Shown piece by piece: positions 47,601 through 60,189 of a stretch of 64,000 bases of DNA. Source of the stretch: Guillardia theta CCMP2712 (taxonomy: Eukaryota > Protista > Cryptophyta); assembly GCF_000315625.1 (NCBI RefSeq), contig NW_005434647.1, positions 229,132 to 293,131 of the forward strand. The letters run 5' to 3'. Below the pieces are notes generated by a model. That model did no database searches, was not told the DNA's origin, and saw only the letters and a list, made by a program, of their open reading frames with translations. Each line of letters opens with the position of its first letter. Within the stretch, counting starts at the first letter, position 1. A program made the translations under genes and the position numbers.

Positions 47601-50089
47601 GCTCCAGACTGCAGAGCGGACGATCCGGGACGAGGTCACCAGCAAGCTACAGACGTCAGAGCAGACCCTGCAGAGCTCGCTCCAGACTGCAGAGCGGACG
47701 ATCCGGGACGAGGTCACCAGCAAGCTACAGGCGTCAGAGCAGACCCTGCAGAGCTCGCTCCAGACTGCAGAGCGGACGATCCGGGACGAGGTCACCAGCA
47801 AGCTACAGACATCAGAGCAGACCCTGCAGAGCTCGCTCCAGACTGCAGAGCGGACGATCCGGGACGAGGTCACCAGCAAGCTACAGGCGTCAGAGCAGAC
47901 CCTGCAGAGCTCGCTCCAGACTGCAGAGCGGACGATCCGGGACGAGGTCACCAGCAAGCTACAGGCGTCAGAGCAGACCCTGCAGAGCTCGCTCCAGACT
48001 GCAGAGCGGACGATCCGGGACGAGGTCACCAGCAAGCTACAGACGTCAGAGCAGACCCTGCAGAGCTCGCTCCAGACTGCAGAGCGGACGACTCAGAACG
48101 AGGTCACCAGCAAGCTACAGGCGTCAAGGCAGACCCTGCAGTCCTCCTTAGAGTCTGTTTTCAAGAACTTCTTTCAGACCGTGTTTTCATCCCAAAAAGC
48201 ATCGTCAGAATCTATGTCAGAACACTCGCTTCAACGTAGCGTGCAGCATTTAGTGCGAATTGCTTTTGAGCAGGTGCAAACAGCAATTTTGAATCAGGAA
48301 AGTGAGCAATCGTTTGTTCTACAGTCGGGATTTTCTAGTGTTTTGCAAACAGACGAAAGCAACCGTTATGGACATGGTCGAGATATCTCTGGAGACGGCG
48401 ATGCGTTGCACGACGGAGGAGAAGGCTCATCGCGGGACCGACCGCATCTGGGGCGGGAGCAGGGCCAGTCATTGGGAGAGCCCCCGTCTCCCGTCGCCTC
48501 AGATCAAAGGCAGGCTCCCAGCGTCGCACGGCCGTTGCGCGAGATCCCAAGTTCCACCCCTGCCGTCAACGTCAACGGGGCATCTACGGAGGCAGCTGTG
48601 CCGGCAGGGGCGGAGGTGCAGACGGCAGCTGCAGCGTTCCTATCTACCCCGGCAGGGTCTGGACAAGAGGGCGGTGATATTCGCTGGTCGGAGCTGCTTG
48701 AGTGGACTGATAGTCTTGTGATCAGGTGACAGGTCGACACGATCAGCCAGTCCGTCAACGTTGGATCCATCCCGACCAGGTGACTGTCACGTGCTATGCG
48801 CTGAGATATCTGTTGAACTCTCGTCTGGTCCATCAGCAAGTCAACCCGTCGTCGCTGAGGTTGCGAGCTCACCGCCTGTCGGAGGGGAAGCGCTCAGGCG
48901 ATCAGCTCCTGTCGAGCAGCGAGAGGGTCATAGTGAGCATGGCAGCACGAGAGGACACGAAGACACACAACATCGGAGGAGGCGAGGGAGGCCGAGGAAA
49001 ATACAAACTGAGAGCAACGATACCACAGCAGCCATGAACAGAGTCGACCCCAGCAGGGTATCTAGCAAGGCGATCAACAGAGACAACGAAAACAACCGCC
49101 ACCGTGACCTTGCGGAGGAAGGAGATATCTCTGGAGACGGCGATGCGTTGCACGACGGAGGAGAAGGCTCATCGCGGGACCGACCGCATCTGGGGCGGGA
49201 GCAGGGCCAGTCATCGGGAGAGCCCCAGTCTCCCGTCGCCTCAGATCAAAGGCAGGCTCCCAGCGTCGCACGGCCGTTGCGCGAGATCCCAAGTTCCACA
49301 GCTACTGACATGAATCTTGATACTCGTGTGAAGCGAAGGAGGATCGATGGACATGGCAGGCTCAATGGGTCGACGAGCCGTGAAAATACTGTAACCGTGA
49401 GGAAACGAGGGAGGTCGTCGGACTGTGATGAAGGCCGAGCTGGCACTGAAAATGCATTGCCATCCCAAGGTCGCGGCAGGTCCATGAATTTCAAGAAGAA
49501 GCAGTCATCGGGTAAGTGCCGATCGAGTGAGGCGTGGGTGTTTTTCTCTGACATGTCAACCTGGGCAGTTGTGCGTGAGGAAAGCTGCTCCAAGGCGTTT
49601 GTGGATGAGCTGAGCAATGAAGAGGTGGTCATGTACCTTCTGGAATGCTTTGTAAGAGCCAAGAAGAAGCGGCGTACAGTCGATCACTTCTACAATCACA
49701 GCTGGTCGCCGAACCTCGAACAAGTTTGGAAAACCAGGTTCAAAGACACGCACCCCAGGGAAATGAATTGCAAGTTTGTGAGCGGCTCAGTGGTCGGAGT
49801 TCTTTACCAGGAAGAGTGGAGGGAAGGGAAAGGAGAATGGTACATCGGGAGAAAGATCAGGTCAGATTGGAACCATTTCCAAGCCATATTCACTGATTGC
49901 GAGGTAGAGACGTTTAACCTTGCGGAGGAGAGCACGATTCTTGAGAATGCTCCACGCAATGAACAGAAGGGTCAGTTCTTCGACGTCTACCGGGATGATA
50001 AAGTAGCAACCTTGTTGCCTTTTGTTTCGGAAATTCGTGAATTCTTGATCGACTCGTTCGTCCTGAAGGAGATCCACGAATCTGAATGA
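44650..50089 (+). CDS. Large hypothetical protein: possible Bro-N-like N-terminus, 26-aa tandem-repeat coiled coil, disordered region and Tudor-like C-terminus
   Basis: Exons 44650-44783, 44835-45361 and two short exons join in phase to the 45826-48729 ORF. A phase-compatible intron ending at 48778 can link it to the 48761-50089 ORF. Confidence 0.7.
47182..48141 (+). repeat. Coding minisatellite: 78-bp unit, 12 full copies plus a partial
   Basis: The unit encodes Q[A/T]SEQTLQSSLQTAERTIRDEVTSKL. Units start every 78 bp (47182, 47260 ... 48040, partial at 48118) and are near-identical. Confidence 0.97.
48380..49299 (+). repeat. 178-bp direct repeat (48380-48557 and 49122-49299), two mismatches
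   Basis: Both copies encode DISGDGDALHDGGEGSSRDRPHLGREQGQS..PLREIPSST. Confidence 0.93.
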
Positions 50090-50899
50090 TAAAGATAATG
50101 TACAGCATTACTGAGTTAGATGATTACTTGGACTGTGTAAGCTGGTGAACAAAGGAGCGTTTGCAAAAGCTTCGTCATGTTAACGTGTGCTCCGACCACA
50201 TTCCTTATATTAGCCCTCCCGACTAGTCACCCTCCCTCCCAGACAAACGTCGATACAAGGAGTCGTCGAAAGGATGAGAAGGAAGTTCTTGCCATCCTCG
50301 GCTGTCGATCAGGCGAGAGAGGACTGATCGAGCAGCGGAGAGAACGAGTGGAGAGAGGAGAGGGCGAAGAAGAAAAGGAGCAGGAGAGGGCAGATGGACA
50401 GGAAAAAGAAGAAGTGCTTCAACTGCTAATGTCATAGTGAAAACGCAGGAACGATCATAGTGCTAAAGACAAGAAAGAAACAGACTCTACCTGTCCTCCT
50501 ACCTGCTGCAACAAGAGCTTCTCAGATTGCACAGCGTTCTGTCCTCCCTCCTCGCCCCCCTCGGGCCTTCCCCTTAACTTCGCCCTTCCTCTCGCCTCGC
50601 CTCTCGACTGTACTGTATGGCACTCGCTTATAGACCCTCCTAACTCTAGACGCGTTCCTCCTCTCGCCTCCTCTCCTCTTGCCTCGGGCCGTCTCTCGCC
50701 GCTCGTCTCCTGTCACGGTTCACCGCACCTTCTGCCTCTTTTGCCGGCTGCGCCGGGCCTGACGCGGCGTCAAAAGTAACGCTTTTAGCCTCTCCTTTCC
50801 TCTTCTCTCCTGTCCTCTCCTTTGCTTTCCATTCCTCTCCTCTCAGTCCTCTCCTCTCCTCCCCTCCCCTCTCCTCTCCTCTCCTCCTCTCTGCTCGCA

Positions 50900-51605
50900 T
50901 CTCTCAGTCATCACAGAGCCGCTTGAGTCTCACAGATCCGGAGAGCCCAGCCACTGAGCTAAGCTGGGCCCGAGCGCGCGGCTAGCAGCCCGAGCGCCAG
51001 CCTGACATCCTCAGGCAGGCTGGGGTGCCTGAGTTCCGCCCCTCACCGTGGCATAGTAGTGGCCCGCGCCGAACCGCACTCAGCGCCAGGCTGTGACAGT
51101 CGAAGCGGCGCGGGGTCGCGCCTCAGGGCCTTGGTCGGACTACTCAGTGACTCAGCCGCAAGGCTACTTCAACAGCCCGGCCCGGCGGGGTGACAGTGGG
51201 CTGAGCCATCAGTGATACTTGAAAGAGAAGGTGACTAGACTGCCTGACTTTCAGTCTGAAAAGTCAGAGAGATCGGGCTGAGTTGCCAAGTCTGACTCCC
51301 CCGGCCCCGGCATCGTAGTAACCCTCCGAGGCTCGGCCTCATTAAAGCGTGACTGACTCGCCGTGAGCCTCGGATGATCCGCCTGACGGTCAGCCGGGGG
51401 GGCCCGCTGGAGCCCCGGGCCCCGCGGAGCACGGTCCGACTCAGAGGGCCTGAGGTTACCCAATCATTCCGATCAGCCAGCTCGTACTGATCTGGTCTTC
51501 AGTAACGAACTCGGAACTTCCAGTTCGGAAGGCTCTGAGACTCAGCAACTTGGCAAGTTGCGGCGCTCCGGGGCCCGGGGCCCACATCCCCAGCCCGGGC
51601 CTGCC
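50900..51605. repeat. GC-rich palindromic-word mosaic island (intergenic)
   Basis: CTACTCAGTG, AAGGCTACT and GGGCCCGG words are shared with 12200-12300. Confidence 0.55.
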
Positions 51606-53688
51606 AAAATTATTATTTTTATTTTTATAAAACTATTTTATTTAGGGGGACATGTCATAGAAACAGAATCTTCAAAATTGTTTTAAGTCATCCTAGGAAC
51701 CTGGAAACGATGCGATTTTGGGGTCGTTTAAAATGCTGCAAACATCAAATAATTATTTTTGGCTTCCAAATATAGAAACTATTTATCGATTGCGACACAC
51801 TTAAAGGCCGCTCAATCCTTATAGTCAAGGAGAACTTTTTGTAGTCAATCATCTAACGGCTAGAAAGTGAAGGTTTTTACAACTTGGAGCTTTAAAACTC
51901 AGGAGAATGGCAAGCTCGCCTCAGAAACGCTGCGCAGGTTTCATAATGAGCTCTATGCGGAGCAGCGAGTCTGACATGTAACGAGAGCCTTGGGGATCCG
52001 ACTGGGGGCTCTCATACCTGGCAGCTGTACGAATAGAATGCGAAAACCTTGGTGATTTCAATCATCACCAAGTTGTACAGAGCTGATGCAGTTCAGCGAT
52101 GTATTGATTACAATGAGTTGACTGAAGCCTTTTCTCAAAGGACGTTACTGATAATAAGGCTGTTTGTTTCGGGGCCTTGACAGGCTGATGCCGTGCTTTC
52201 TACACCCTGCCTTTGAAGTCCATCAGCAGCCTGGAGATTGTCTTTCTTTTTTAAGTCAAGAGGTCAGACTGCAATATCAATTCATCTGGTCAAAAAAACT
52301 TGCTATGGTCGTCTTGCTTCAGTAAATGTGGGAATCGTTATCTCGCTCTATCATGGGGATCGTATTCGAAATCACAATTCTCCTTTTGATCATCTTCCCT
52401 TCTGTTTCTGCTCCACGTGCATCTTCATGGCACCCTCCATGCACCCGGGCAAGACGACGCTGAGTATGTCCACGTCAGTGTTCACCTCACGTCGCCTCCC
52501 ACTGCTGCACAGGGTGCTTCCTCTTCATACACACTCCAGAAGCATCTCCTCCGGGTAGTCCCTATATCTCACTTCCGCCCTCCCCTTCCGCGTTCCCTCC
52601 CTCCTCGTTTTCCCCTGCTCGCCCTCTGCTCCTCCCCGTTGCTCAGCCCTCATCCCCCCTCCTCCTTTTCCCGCACTGCTAAGTTCTCTAAAATAGTTTT
52701 AATTACTACATATTTTTAAAGGCATTTATAAAACTCGCTGGCAACCGTCGCTACTCGTCGGACCGGTGGTATATGTTTTCGGATGGGGTGAAAGTAACAA
52801 CAGGGTACTCCAAACAGGTTCTTGAGGGCAAATAATTGCAGTATCGCCTTATTTATTATAGGAAGAATTAGAAAACTGCGAGTATGTGAATATGATAAAT
52901 CCAACTACCTAGAGATCAATTCATAGTACCCCGTATCTTCTTCAGTAAGGGTTTGGGGTAGTTGAACAGAGCGAAAAGACTTTATTTCGATCAGTGCGAC
53001 CCACATCTGTAGCAAGCGAGAGAGGGACAAGAATGCAGCAAGGGATGCGGCTCGAGCAGCACGATGAGGGACAGGGGCGGGAGAGGAGGACGAACGGAGG
53101 GAGGGAGGGAGGGAGGGAGGAGGGGATTGAAAAGGAGTCCATAGAGACCATGCGAACCAATATGAAGGAGGGAGGACGAGACAGGACGAGACAGGACAGC
53201 ACAGGATGGATGGTAAAATGCAAATGGCGACTGAGCAGCGCAAGAAACCTTTGAAGGCTGGAGGTGATTTTTAGGTCAGGACTAGCGTCGAAGGAAGTCA
53301 TGGCAACAGTTCGATAGTCTGTGCCAACAAACAAGGGAAAGAAGAAGTTTGCTTGCTTGGAGCAACGAACTCGATTTTTATGTTTTGGCAAAGCAATCAG
53401 CTAAGATAGATGGAGATGGGTGGTCATTCGATGAAGAGGAGATGGGATGATAATACAATTCTTCTGATAGATCCTATCAACGCAAGAGGTAGCTTGTCTG
53501 GCGAGTAGATGTTGATGAGAAGAAAACGACTCTGAAAATAGCCATTGTGGAAATGTATATGGTACCTTATTAGACTTCTGACGATGTCACAGATGATATC
53601 ATAGAGCCATGAATTGACATCGCCAAAGACGCATGACTGTCATGCTGTTGCGCAACACTTGCACTTAGGCCACGAGGGCGTCAGAGCG

Positions 53689-55522
53689 ATGGGAGGGAAC
53701 AGGTCTGTCTGCGAGATCTCAACGTCGGACAGTCTCTTTCACGGCTACTCTCACATCACCAGCTGCAAACCTCAGGCTCTGCCTATCGCGCCCTCCAAGT
53801 TGGAAGGCTGCACCAAGGGAAAGAGGAGCAAGGAGTTGGATGGCACCGCCGCCGCTGGCTCCTCCGCCTCCACCGTGCCCTCCCTCGCCTCCCTGCTCAA
53901 CGGGGGGCGGAGCCAGAAGAACACGAAATCTAAGAAGAGCCTTGCAAGGGAGGAGGCGGATGTACATACAATCGGCGATTCCGCAGGTCATGCGGATCAT
54001 GAGGAGCTGGGTGAAAGCAGATCCCGAAGAAGCAGCGGAGGGTTGAGCGTGGCTGAGTTGACCCAAGAGGAGAGCAGGACTGAGGCGATCTCCAAGAAGG
54101 AGCTGCATGAATGGTTCGGCGTCGGGCAGAAGAGAAGCGCCGAGGATGCGGTTCCCTTGCAGAGCAAGAGCTTGCAGTCTGGCGGGCAGGAGGGAGCAGA
54201 GGATGCAGGTCGGCCGTTAAAGAAGTTCCTGTCTGCAAGCGAGGGGGCAACTACCGTATCGGATGCCCCGGTGAAGCTTGAGGCGTCGTCCTCCTCAACC
54301 TACTCGATGCTCAAGGACGTCCGGTGGGAGAGGAAAGGACAGCCCTTTGAGTTCCTCAAGGCAGAGGAAGCAGCTGCTGCGAGCATGCCGAGCAACTGGA
54401 ACCCTCGGCCATCCTTCGGTAGCGACCCTGCGAGCATGGCGAGCTATGGCATGAGCGCTTCTCTTGCCCATCAAAGGTTTCACATGCAGGGCATGGGGTT
54501 TTCTCAGTTCCAGGGAACCAGCAGCTTCCCTTCCCCGCACAGTCAAGAGCAGCAGGCGTATGCGATGCGGGGGGGGCAGGGGCATGTTTCCTATGGGGTA
54601 CCTGAGCTCGGGCAGATGCTGCCGATGCAGCAGTCGTTGACTGGCCCAGCTGTTCGCAGCATGCAGATGCCCTGGATCAGCTCGCAGTTCCTGCACCCGC
54701 AGAGCTTCTCCTACGGCTCGACCGGGGGGGCGCCGATGGCCATGGCTAATGGGCCCGTGCGAGAGGATGTGTTCGTCTCGCGCCCCTCCCCTTCTCCATG
54801 TGGCAAGATTCTGCTGTCAGCTTTCAGGCTCCTCCTTTGAGCTCTACCACACAGGTAAGATAGTACAAGACACTCCCTCCCTCCTCCCTCCTCCCTCCTC
54901 CCTCCTCCTCCCTCCCTCCTCCCTCCTCCCTCCTCCCTCCTCCCTCCCTCCCTCCCTCCCTCCCTCCTCCCTCCTCCCTCCTCCCTCCATCCATCATCTC
55001 ACTTCCCTCTCCATCTCCTCCGTCGCTCAACTAACGACGCATCGCAGCTCCCCAAAGATTCTGCCCAGCAGGAGCTGGGGCGGCACAGCAAGTACTGTCA
55101 CTTCTGCCAGCACGTCAAGAGCACCATGGCCGCCTGCTCATCTCCTCAGTGTACCTTCAAGTTCTGCCACAACTGCATCAGTGTTCACCTCATGGAGGAC
55201 TGGGATGCCGTGCTGAGAGCTGAGCGAGACAAGTCATGGAAATGCCCCTGCTGGTACTTTGGGTCTCCCGCCTCTGCCCTTCCCCTTACACTCCTGTTGC
55301 CTGCTGCTGCATCTCCTCCTCCTCCACCCCCTCCTCCTCATCTTTCTTCGCACTCTCCAAGCTTATCGCTTGTCTTGCGTCCCAATGGCTTGTTGACGTT
55401 TTTGCAGCCGGTACCGATGTTGCTGCTGCTCCTCCAAGGCATGCACAGCCAAGCATCCGCACTGCAAGGCCTACAGGAAGCGGCAGCAGACGCGAGTGAA
55501 TGTGGTGGAGGGAGGAGAGTAA
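53689..55522 (+). CDS. Protein with C-terminal zf-4CXXC_R1 (CDCA7/JPO-type) zinc finger and low-complexity N-terminus
   Basis: KYCHFCQHVK..ACSSPQC.FKFCHNCI..WKCPC|CRYRCCCSSKAC..HPHCKAYRKR. The start is uncertain. Confidence 0.75.
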
Positions 55523-55817
55523 GAAGAAGAAAGTTAGTCTGCGAGGAGGAGAGGATGTGGAACCGAGCAGATGAAGGAGAGGAGGCGACGCCCTCAGATG
55601 TAAGTTTGATGTAAATTACGAGCTTGTGGCCTTGCGGTTGTTCTACTTGTAATGAAAGGATAGAATCCTCGATCAGCTGCTGTGCACGGGGAGGAGAGAA
55701 AGATGGGCGGGTGAGGTTGAGACGATGAAATTGGAGACGGTGTGGAAACATGGAGGAGAGAAGAGATGAAGGGGGCCTAGGAGGAGTGACCAGAAGGAAG
55801 AGGAGGAGGGGAGAGGG

Positions 55818-56330
55818 TCACATGTTGAAGCTCTCGCTCGTCTTCTCCTTTGCCTCCTGCACTTTGCTGATCAGCTCCTTGTACACTCGATGAGCCTGCT
55901 GGGTCCTCGGGTGGAGGAGACCTTGAACCTGGTCAACACGCGTGAGGGGGGGGGGCGGGGATCACGGAGGCGTGTAGGGGCTGCATAGAGCGCTCAGGAA
56001 GCCAGAAAGAGGAGAAATTACGAGGAAGAGGAGGAGGAGGAGGAGGAGGAGGAGGAGGAGGTGGTGGTGGTGGTGGTGGTGGTGGAGGAGGAGGAGGAGG
56101 AGGAGGACGAGGAGGGGNNNNNNNNNNNNNNNNNNNNNNNNNNNNNNNNNNNNNNNNNNNNNNNNNNNNNNNNNNNNNNNNNNNNNNNNNNNNNNNNNNN
56201 NNNNNNNNNNNNNNNNNNNNNNNNNNNNNNNNNNNNNNNNNNNNNNNNNNNNNNNNNNNNNNNNNNNNNNNNNNNNNNNNNNNNNNNNNNNNNNNNNNNN
56301 NNNNNNNNNNNNNNNNNNNNNNNNNNTTCA

Positions 56331-56379
<49 letters not shown>

Positions 56380-59300
56380 ACAACAACAACAACAACACAC
56401 TCTTCCACCAACCACCACTCACTTGTGGTGAGTTAAGTTCATCTCGCAGTGCTTGACACTGGTTCAGCGACTGCAACGCTATCTCATGCGCTTCCTTGGA
56501 CCCCCAACTTCCTCCACCTGCCAGTCGCATCAGCCGGAGGAGGGGGAGGAGGGCGCAGCTACCTCCTATCCTACACAACGTGCCGAAGTTCAATCCCATC
56601 CAGTAGAGCGAAGTGGCATGGTCCTCCTTCGCCTCCTCGGATCCGATCTCGGCAAAGAGATCTGCCGCCTCCTTGGCGTACTGCGCCGACCGCACCATCA
56701 TCTCCTCCGTGTACTCGGGGGAGGACGCGGCCCACTTGTTGAGCAGCTCAGCGCATCTCAGCGACACTTCGGCCACGAGCTTGTGATCTCCCCCCAGCTC
56801 CTTGGTGAGCTCGCGAGCCTGAGAGCGCGTGAGAGAAGAAAGCGGAGGGAGGGAGGGAGGGAGGGAGGGAGGGAGGGAGGGAGGGAGGGAGGGAGGGAGG
56901 GACTAAGTTCACCTTCTCAAGGATGTTCTCTGCCTCCTTGAATTGCCCTGCATCCCCAAGGAATCGTGCAGTGATGAGACTGCTCTGCCACAACATCTAC
57001 ACCAGGCGATGAGTCCCTCCCTCCCTCCCCCTCCCCTTCTCCCTCCCTCCTCCATGGCTCCCACCTCCCCTCCCTCCCTCCCTCCTCCCTGCATTCTCCA
57101 GCTCCCCTCTCGTCCTTCTCACTCTGATTTCCTTCCTCCTCCGTCCAACTCTCATTCACTCCCTCCTTCCCTCCTTTATCCCCGCCCTCCCCCTCGTCCT
57201 CAAGTGCTCTCACCTGGGGCGCCATCCCCTCTTGCTCAAACTTCTGCAGCCTCTGCACGTAGCACTTGGAAGCTTCCTGGTACCCGCTGCTCTCCAGGTC
57301 TCCTCCTTTCCGCCAGAAGCGGAGGAGATCACCCTTGTCCTTGTCATTGTACAGCTGGTACAGCATATCCAGCGAGCTGGACAGGCATCTCCTCAACCTC
57401 GACCACTCCCCAACGCTCTCCAACACGTAGGGCAGCTCGCTCGCCGCCCTCCTCACGTCCTGGTCGCTCCTGCATCTCCATCGTCATCCCCTCGTGCCCA
57501 CACCCTGTCTAGCATACTTGTGCTTGTGCTCGAAGTACTCCGCCAGCCGCAGCTGAGCCTTCCGCACGTCCTCAGGGTTGCCCAGGTACCTTCGCTCCAC
57601 TGCGAGGCGGAAGGCGGAGTAGACGAACCCAACGAGGCCTTCGCTTCTCACCGCCAGGTCAGCGTTGAGCGCCTCCTTCAGCTCGGCCCACTGCTCGCCC
57701 TTGCCGCTGCAAGAACTCCCGTCAGGCTTCCAGGCTGCTTCATCGCCCTCATTCACCTCTCTGAGATGTTGAGGATCTCTTCCAGCTCCTGCAGTGAGAG
57801 GCCCTGCCGAGAGATGCAGAGGAGACTGAGGCTGTCCCTCACCAGCTCCAGCCCCATCTTCGCCTCCCACCTCTGCAGCATCTTTGCGTAGAGGGTCTCC
57901 TGAGCCAACGAAACACGGAGGGGTAAGGGGTTCGGAAGCAAAAAGACGAGAAGGTCAAGAGCGTTGACGGGGTAGTCAGGGATGTTCAACGGATGGAGTT
58001 CGGACGGGACTCGCGCACGTCGAGTGGAGGAGAGGAATGCAGAGGAGGAGAGAGGGGACAGACCTGCATGAGCACCAATCTGAAGTACTTGAACTCCTGG
58101 TCCGGCATCCTTGCGATGTTGTACTTGAGGGTCTTGGATGAGCTCGACTGCTCCAGAGCAGCCACTTGATCGGAGATGGCGCCGGGGTTCTGAAGGACCA
58201 GACGATCAGCGCAAATCCTTCCCGAGTTGATTCACAATCACAATCCGCGGCATACCTGGGACGGGACCACCAGCTCTCCACCGAACACCGAGAGGTCCTG
58301 AGAGGAAGGGAAAATCACCGTGTTTGACCCGGCATCACATGCTGACTCACGTCATCTTGACTTTGGATGATACTCAGGCCGTCTCGGTTGTCTTTGTTTG
58401 AAAAGGCTCCAGCCAAACCCCCGAATTCTCCACTCTCCGTTTCCTTCTTGACCTGCCACAGTTGGGAATCAGCCAGGTGCACATTGAAACGAAAAGGGAG
58501 GGGAAAGGGGGGGGGGGGAGGAGGTGGGAGAACTCACAGGCACAAGTTGTTGCTTTTGTGCGTGTTGCTCTTTGAGATGCTGTATCGCCTCCTCCAGGAC
58601 CGTGTTCATTGTTAGACTCTCCTGTTCCATTCATTCAGTCCGAGACATCTCATACCTCCCCTTCAAGAAGGGAGGGTAACCATGTCAGCGTTCCAGGGAA
58701 CTCACCTCTACATTCTCAACAGTCGGGATCAAAGCTTGAAGCTCTGACATTAACTCCTTTGTCTTCTCTCTCCTCTTGCGCTCCAACACTTTATGCTTCT
58801 CCATCCTCTCAATGGTGGCGGCCAGCGATCGCTTCGGTCCTCGCTTTGCGGGCTTTTCTTCGACTTTCTCTGAGACATCAAGCTCAAAAATTTCGAAATC
58901 AAAAGTCGCCGGCTCGACCTGCGGCAGGAGCTTCTCTCTTGCTACTGTGAGACGTCACTGCTGCGCTCTGCACCTTGGCTGGCTGTGAAGGAAGCGACTT
59001 GCTTTTGTCCATGCTGGGAAAGGGATCTTTATATCCCATGCCGTCGTTTCCACTGTCGGCAGCATGCAGGGCTTTTGTCGGCTGCACAAAGCCACTATTC
59101 CTGATTCACATCAACGATAAGTCAGAGGTCATCCTAGCATCGTACAAGCAAAGAGCAAAGGGAAAAGATCGTTACATGGCGGGTTGCATTGGTGGATAAC
59201 TCTGAAAGTCCTGTGCTGGCATCAACATGGGGTTGTTGACGTTGTTGTTCATGCTCAAGTCATTGCTGTACGGCTGACCGTACGGCATGGAGATGTTCTG

Positions 59301-59645
59301 AGGAATCGCATTGCCGCCACCAAACGGGCCTTGAGGGAAAGCGTTGAAGCCCGCGCTCTCGCCGTATGGGGCCATGGGGACCTCATTGACCATGTAAGGC
59401 TGAGACATGATGCCGGGAGCTCTGGGGAAGTTGGAGAAGGTTGATTGTGAGGACTGAATGTTATATTGGTTGTAGGGCTTGTTCGCGACATACGCGTCTG
59501 AAGTTAGGCCCTGCCCGAACCCTTGCAGGATGTCCACGTCTTGTCCTCCATTGAAAATCGATTCCGGCCCGTCCTGCGATGCCTCATACCTGAGCACGAG
59601 GTTGTGAGGATCGGACGCGACTAGAGCATTGCTTTACCATTCCAT
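55818..59645 (-). CDS. bHLH transcription factor fused to an NPHP3/TEP1-like post-NACHT helical domain and TPR-like repeats; many exons, spans an N gap in an intron
   Basis: bHLH: MEKHKVLERKRREKTKELMSELQALIP|..LTMNTVLEEAIQHLKEQ (58869-58538). Later exons: LLCISRQGLSLQELEEIL, GLVGFVYSAFRLAVERRYL, RRAASELPYVL..WSRLRRCL, DLLRFWR, GLLHPRT. Confidence 0.78.
56022..56396. repeat. Compound trinucleotide microsatellite (GAG/GTG ... CAT/AAC) around an assembly gap (N 56118-56326)
   Basis: Read directly from the sequence. Confidence 0.85.
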
Positions 59646-60189
59646 ACTGAGCGTCAGGCAATTCAGCAATGCAGAAGATCTCGAAAATCTGCACAACTTT
59701 GCCAAGAATACTTTCTAAACCAGAGAAGACTTGATTTCTCTGCTGAGGTACAAGCCGAGACGCAATCTCATCGAGTTTGATCTGAAGAGAGAAAATGAAA
59801 GAATGTCAGTCAGAGTCAAAGATGCGCATGACGCGGTCGATCTACTTGAGCCCAAGCATGCGAAATGGCACTATAGGACACCAGGGTCATAAGGAGTTGA
59901 TGCATGCTGGCTACCATTAGTGGATGGAGCAAGAAAAGCAGATGAAGAAAGAGAATCTCATTGGGGAAGGTTGAAGGACTCAGGGACATGAAGCGATCGC
60001 AATCCGAAGGAGAGCTTCATGGCGAGCAACCAACGAGCAGGTCGGTGGAGCGCAAGGATAAGGTTAGGAAGCAGCGAGGGGAAACCCAGAAAAGGAGGAT
60101 ACGCAGGCATAGTAAGGAGAAGGAAGGTGTGTAGGGATGGAGTTGGAGCTAGTGGGGGGAGGGAGGACTGGTGGATGGAAAGGGGGGGA

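Noticed and set aside
47139-48035. 298-aa antisense ORF over the 78-bp repeat; the array also superficially resembles a CRISPR array
   Set aside because: The antisense frame is open only because the repeat unit lacks a stop. There are no unique spacers, so it is a coding minisatellite.
44230-52760. Whole block as a transposon or endogenous virus insertion
   Set aside because: No terminal repeats, target-site duplication, integrase, polymerase or capsid gene were found. Only one gene is atypical.
51880-53400. Possible minus-strand exons or decayed element
   Set aside because: Several short frames with plausible splice sites but no coherent protein, TIR or transposase motif.
1-55522. Chromatin/DNA-methylation gene cluster (HAT, MBD4-like, Tudor-like, zf-4CXXC)
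   Set aside because: The genes are tens of kb apart and interspersed with unrelated genes, consistent with chance.
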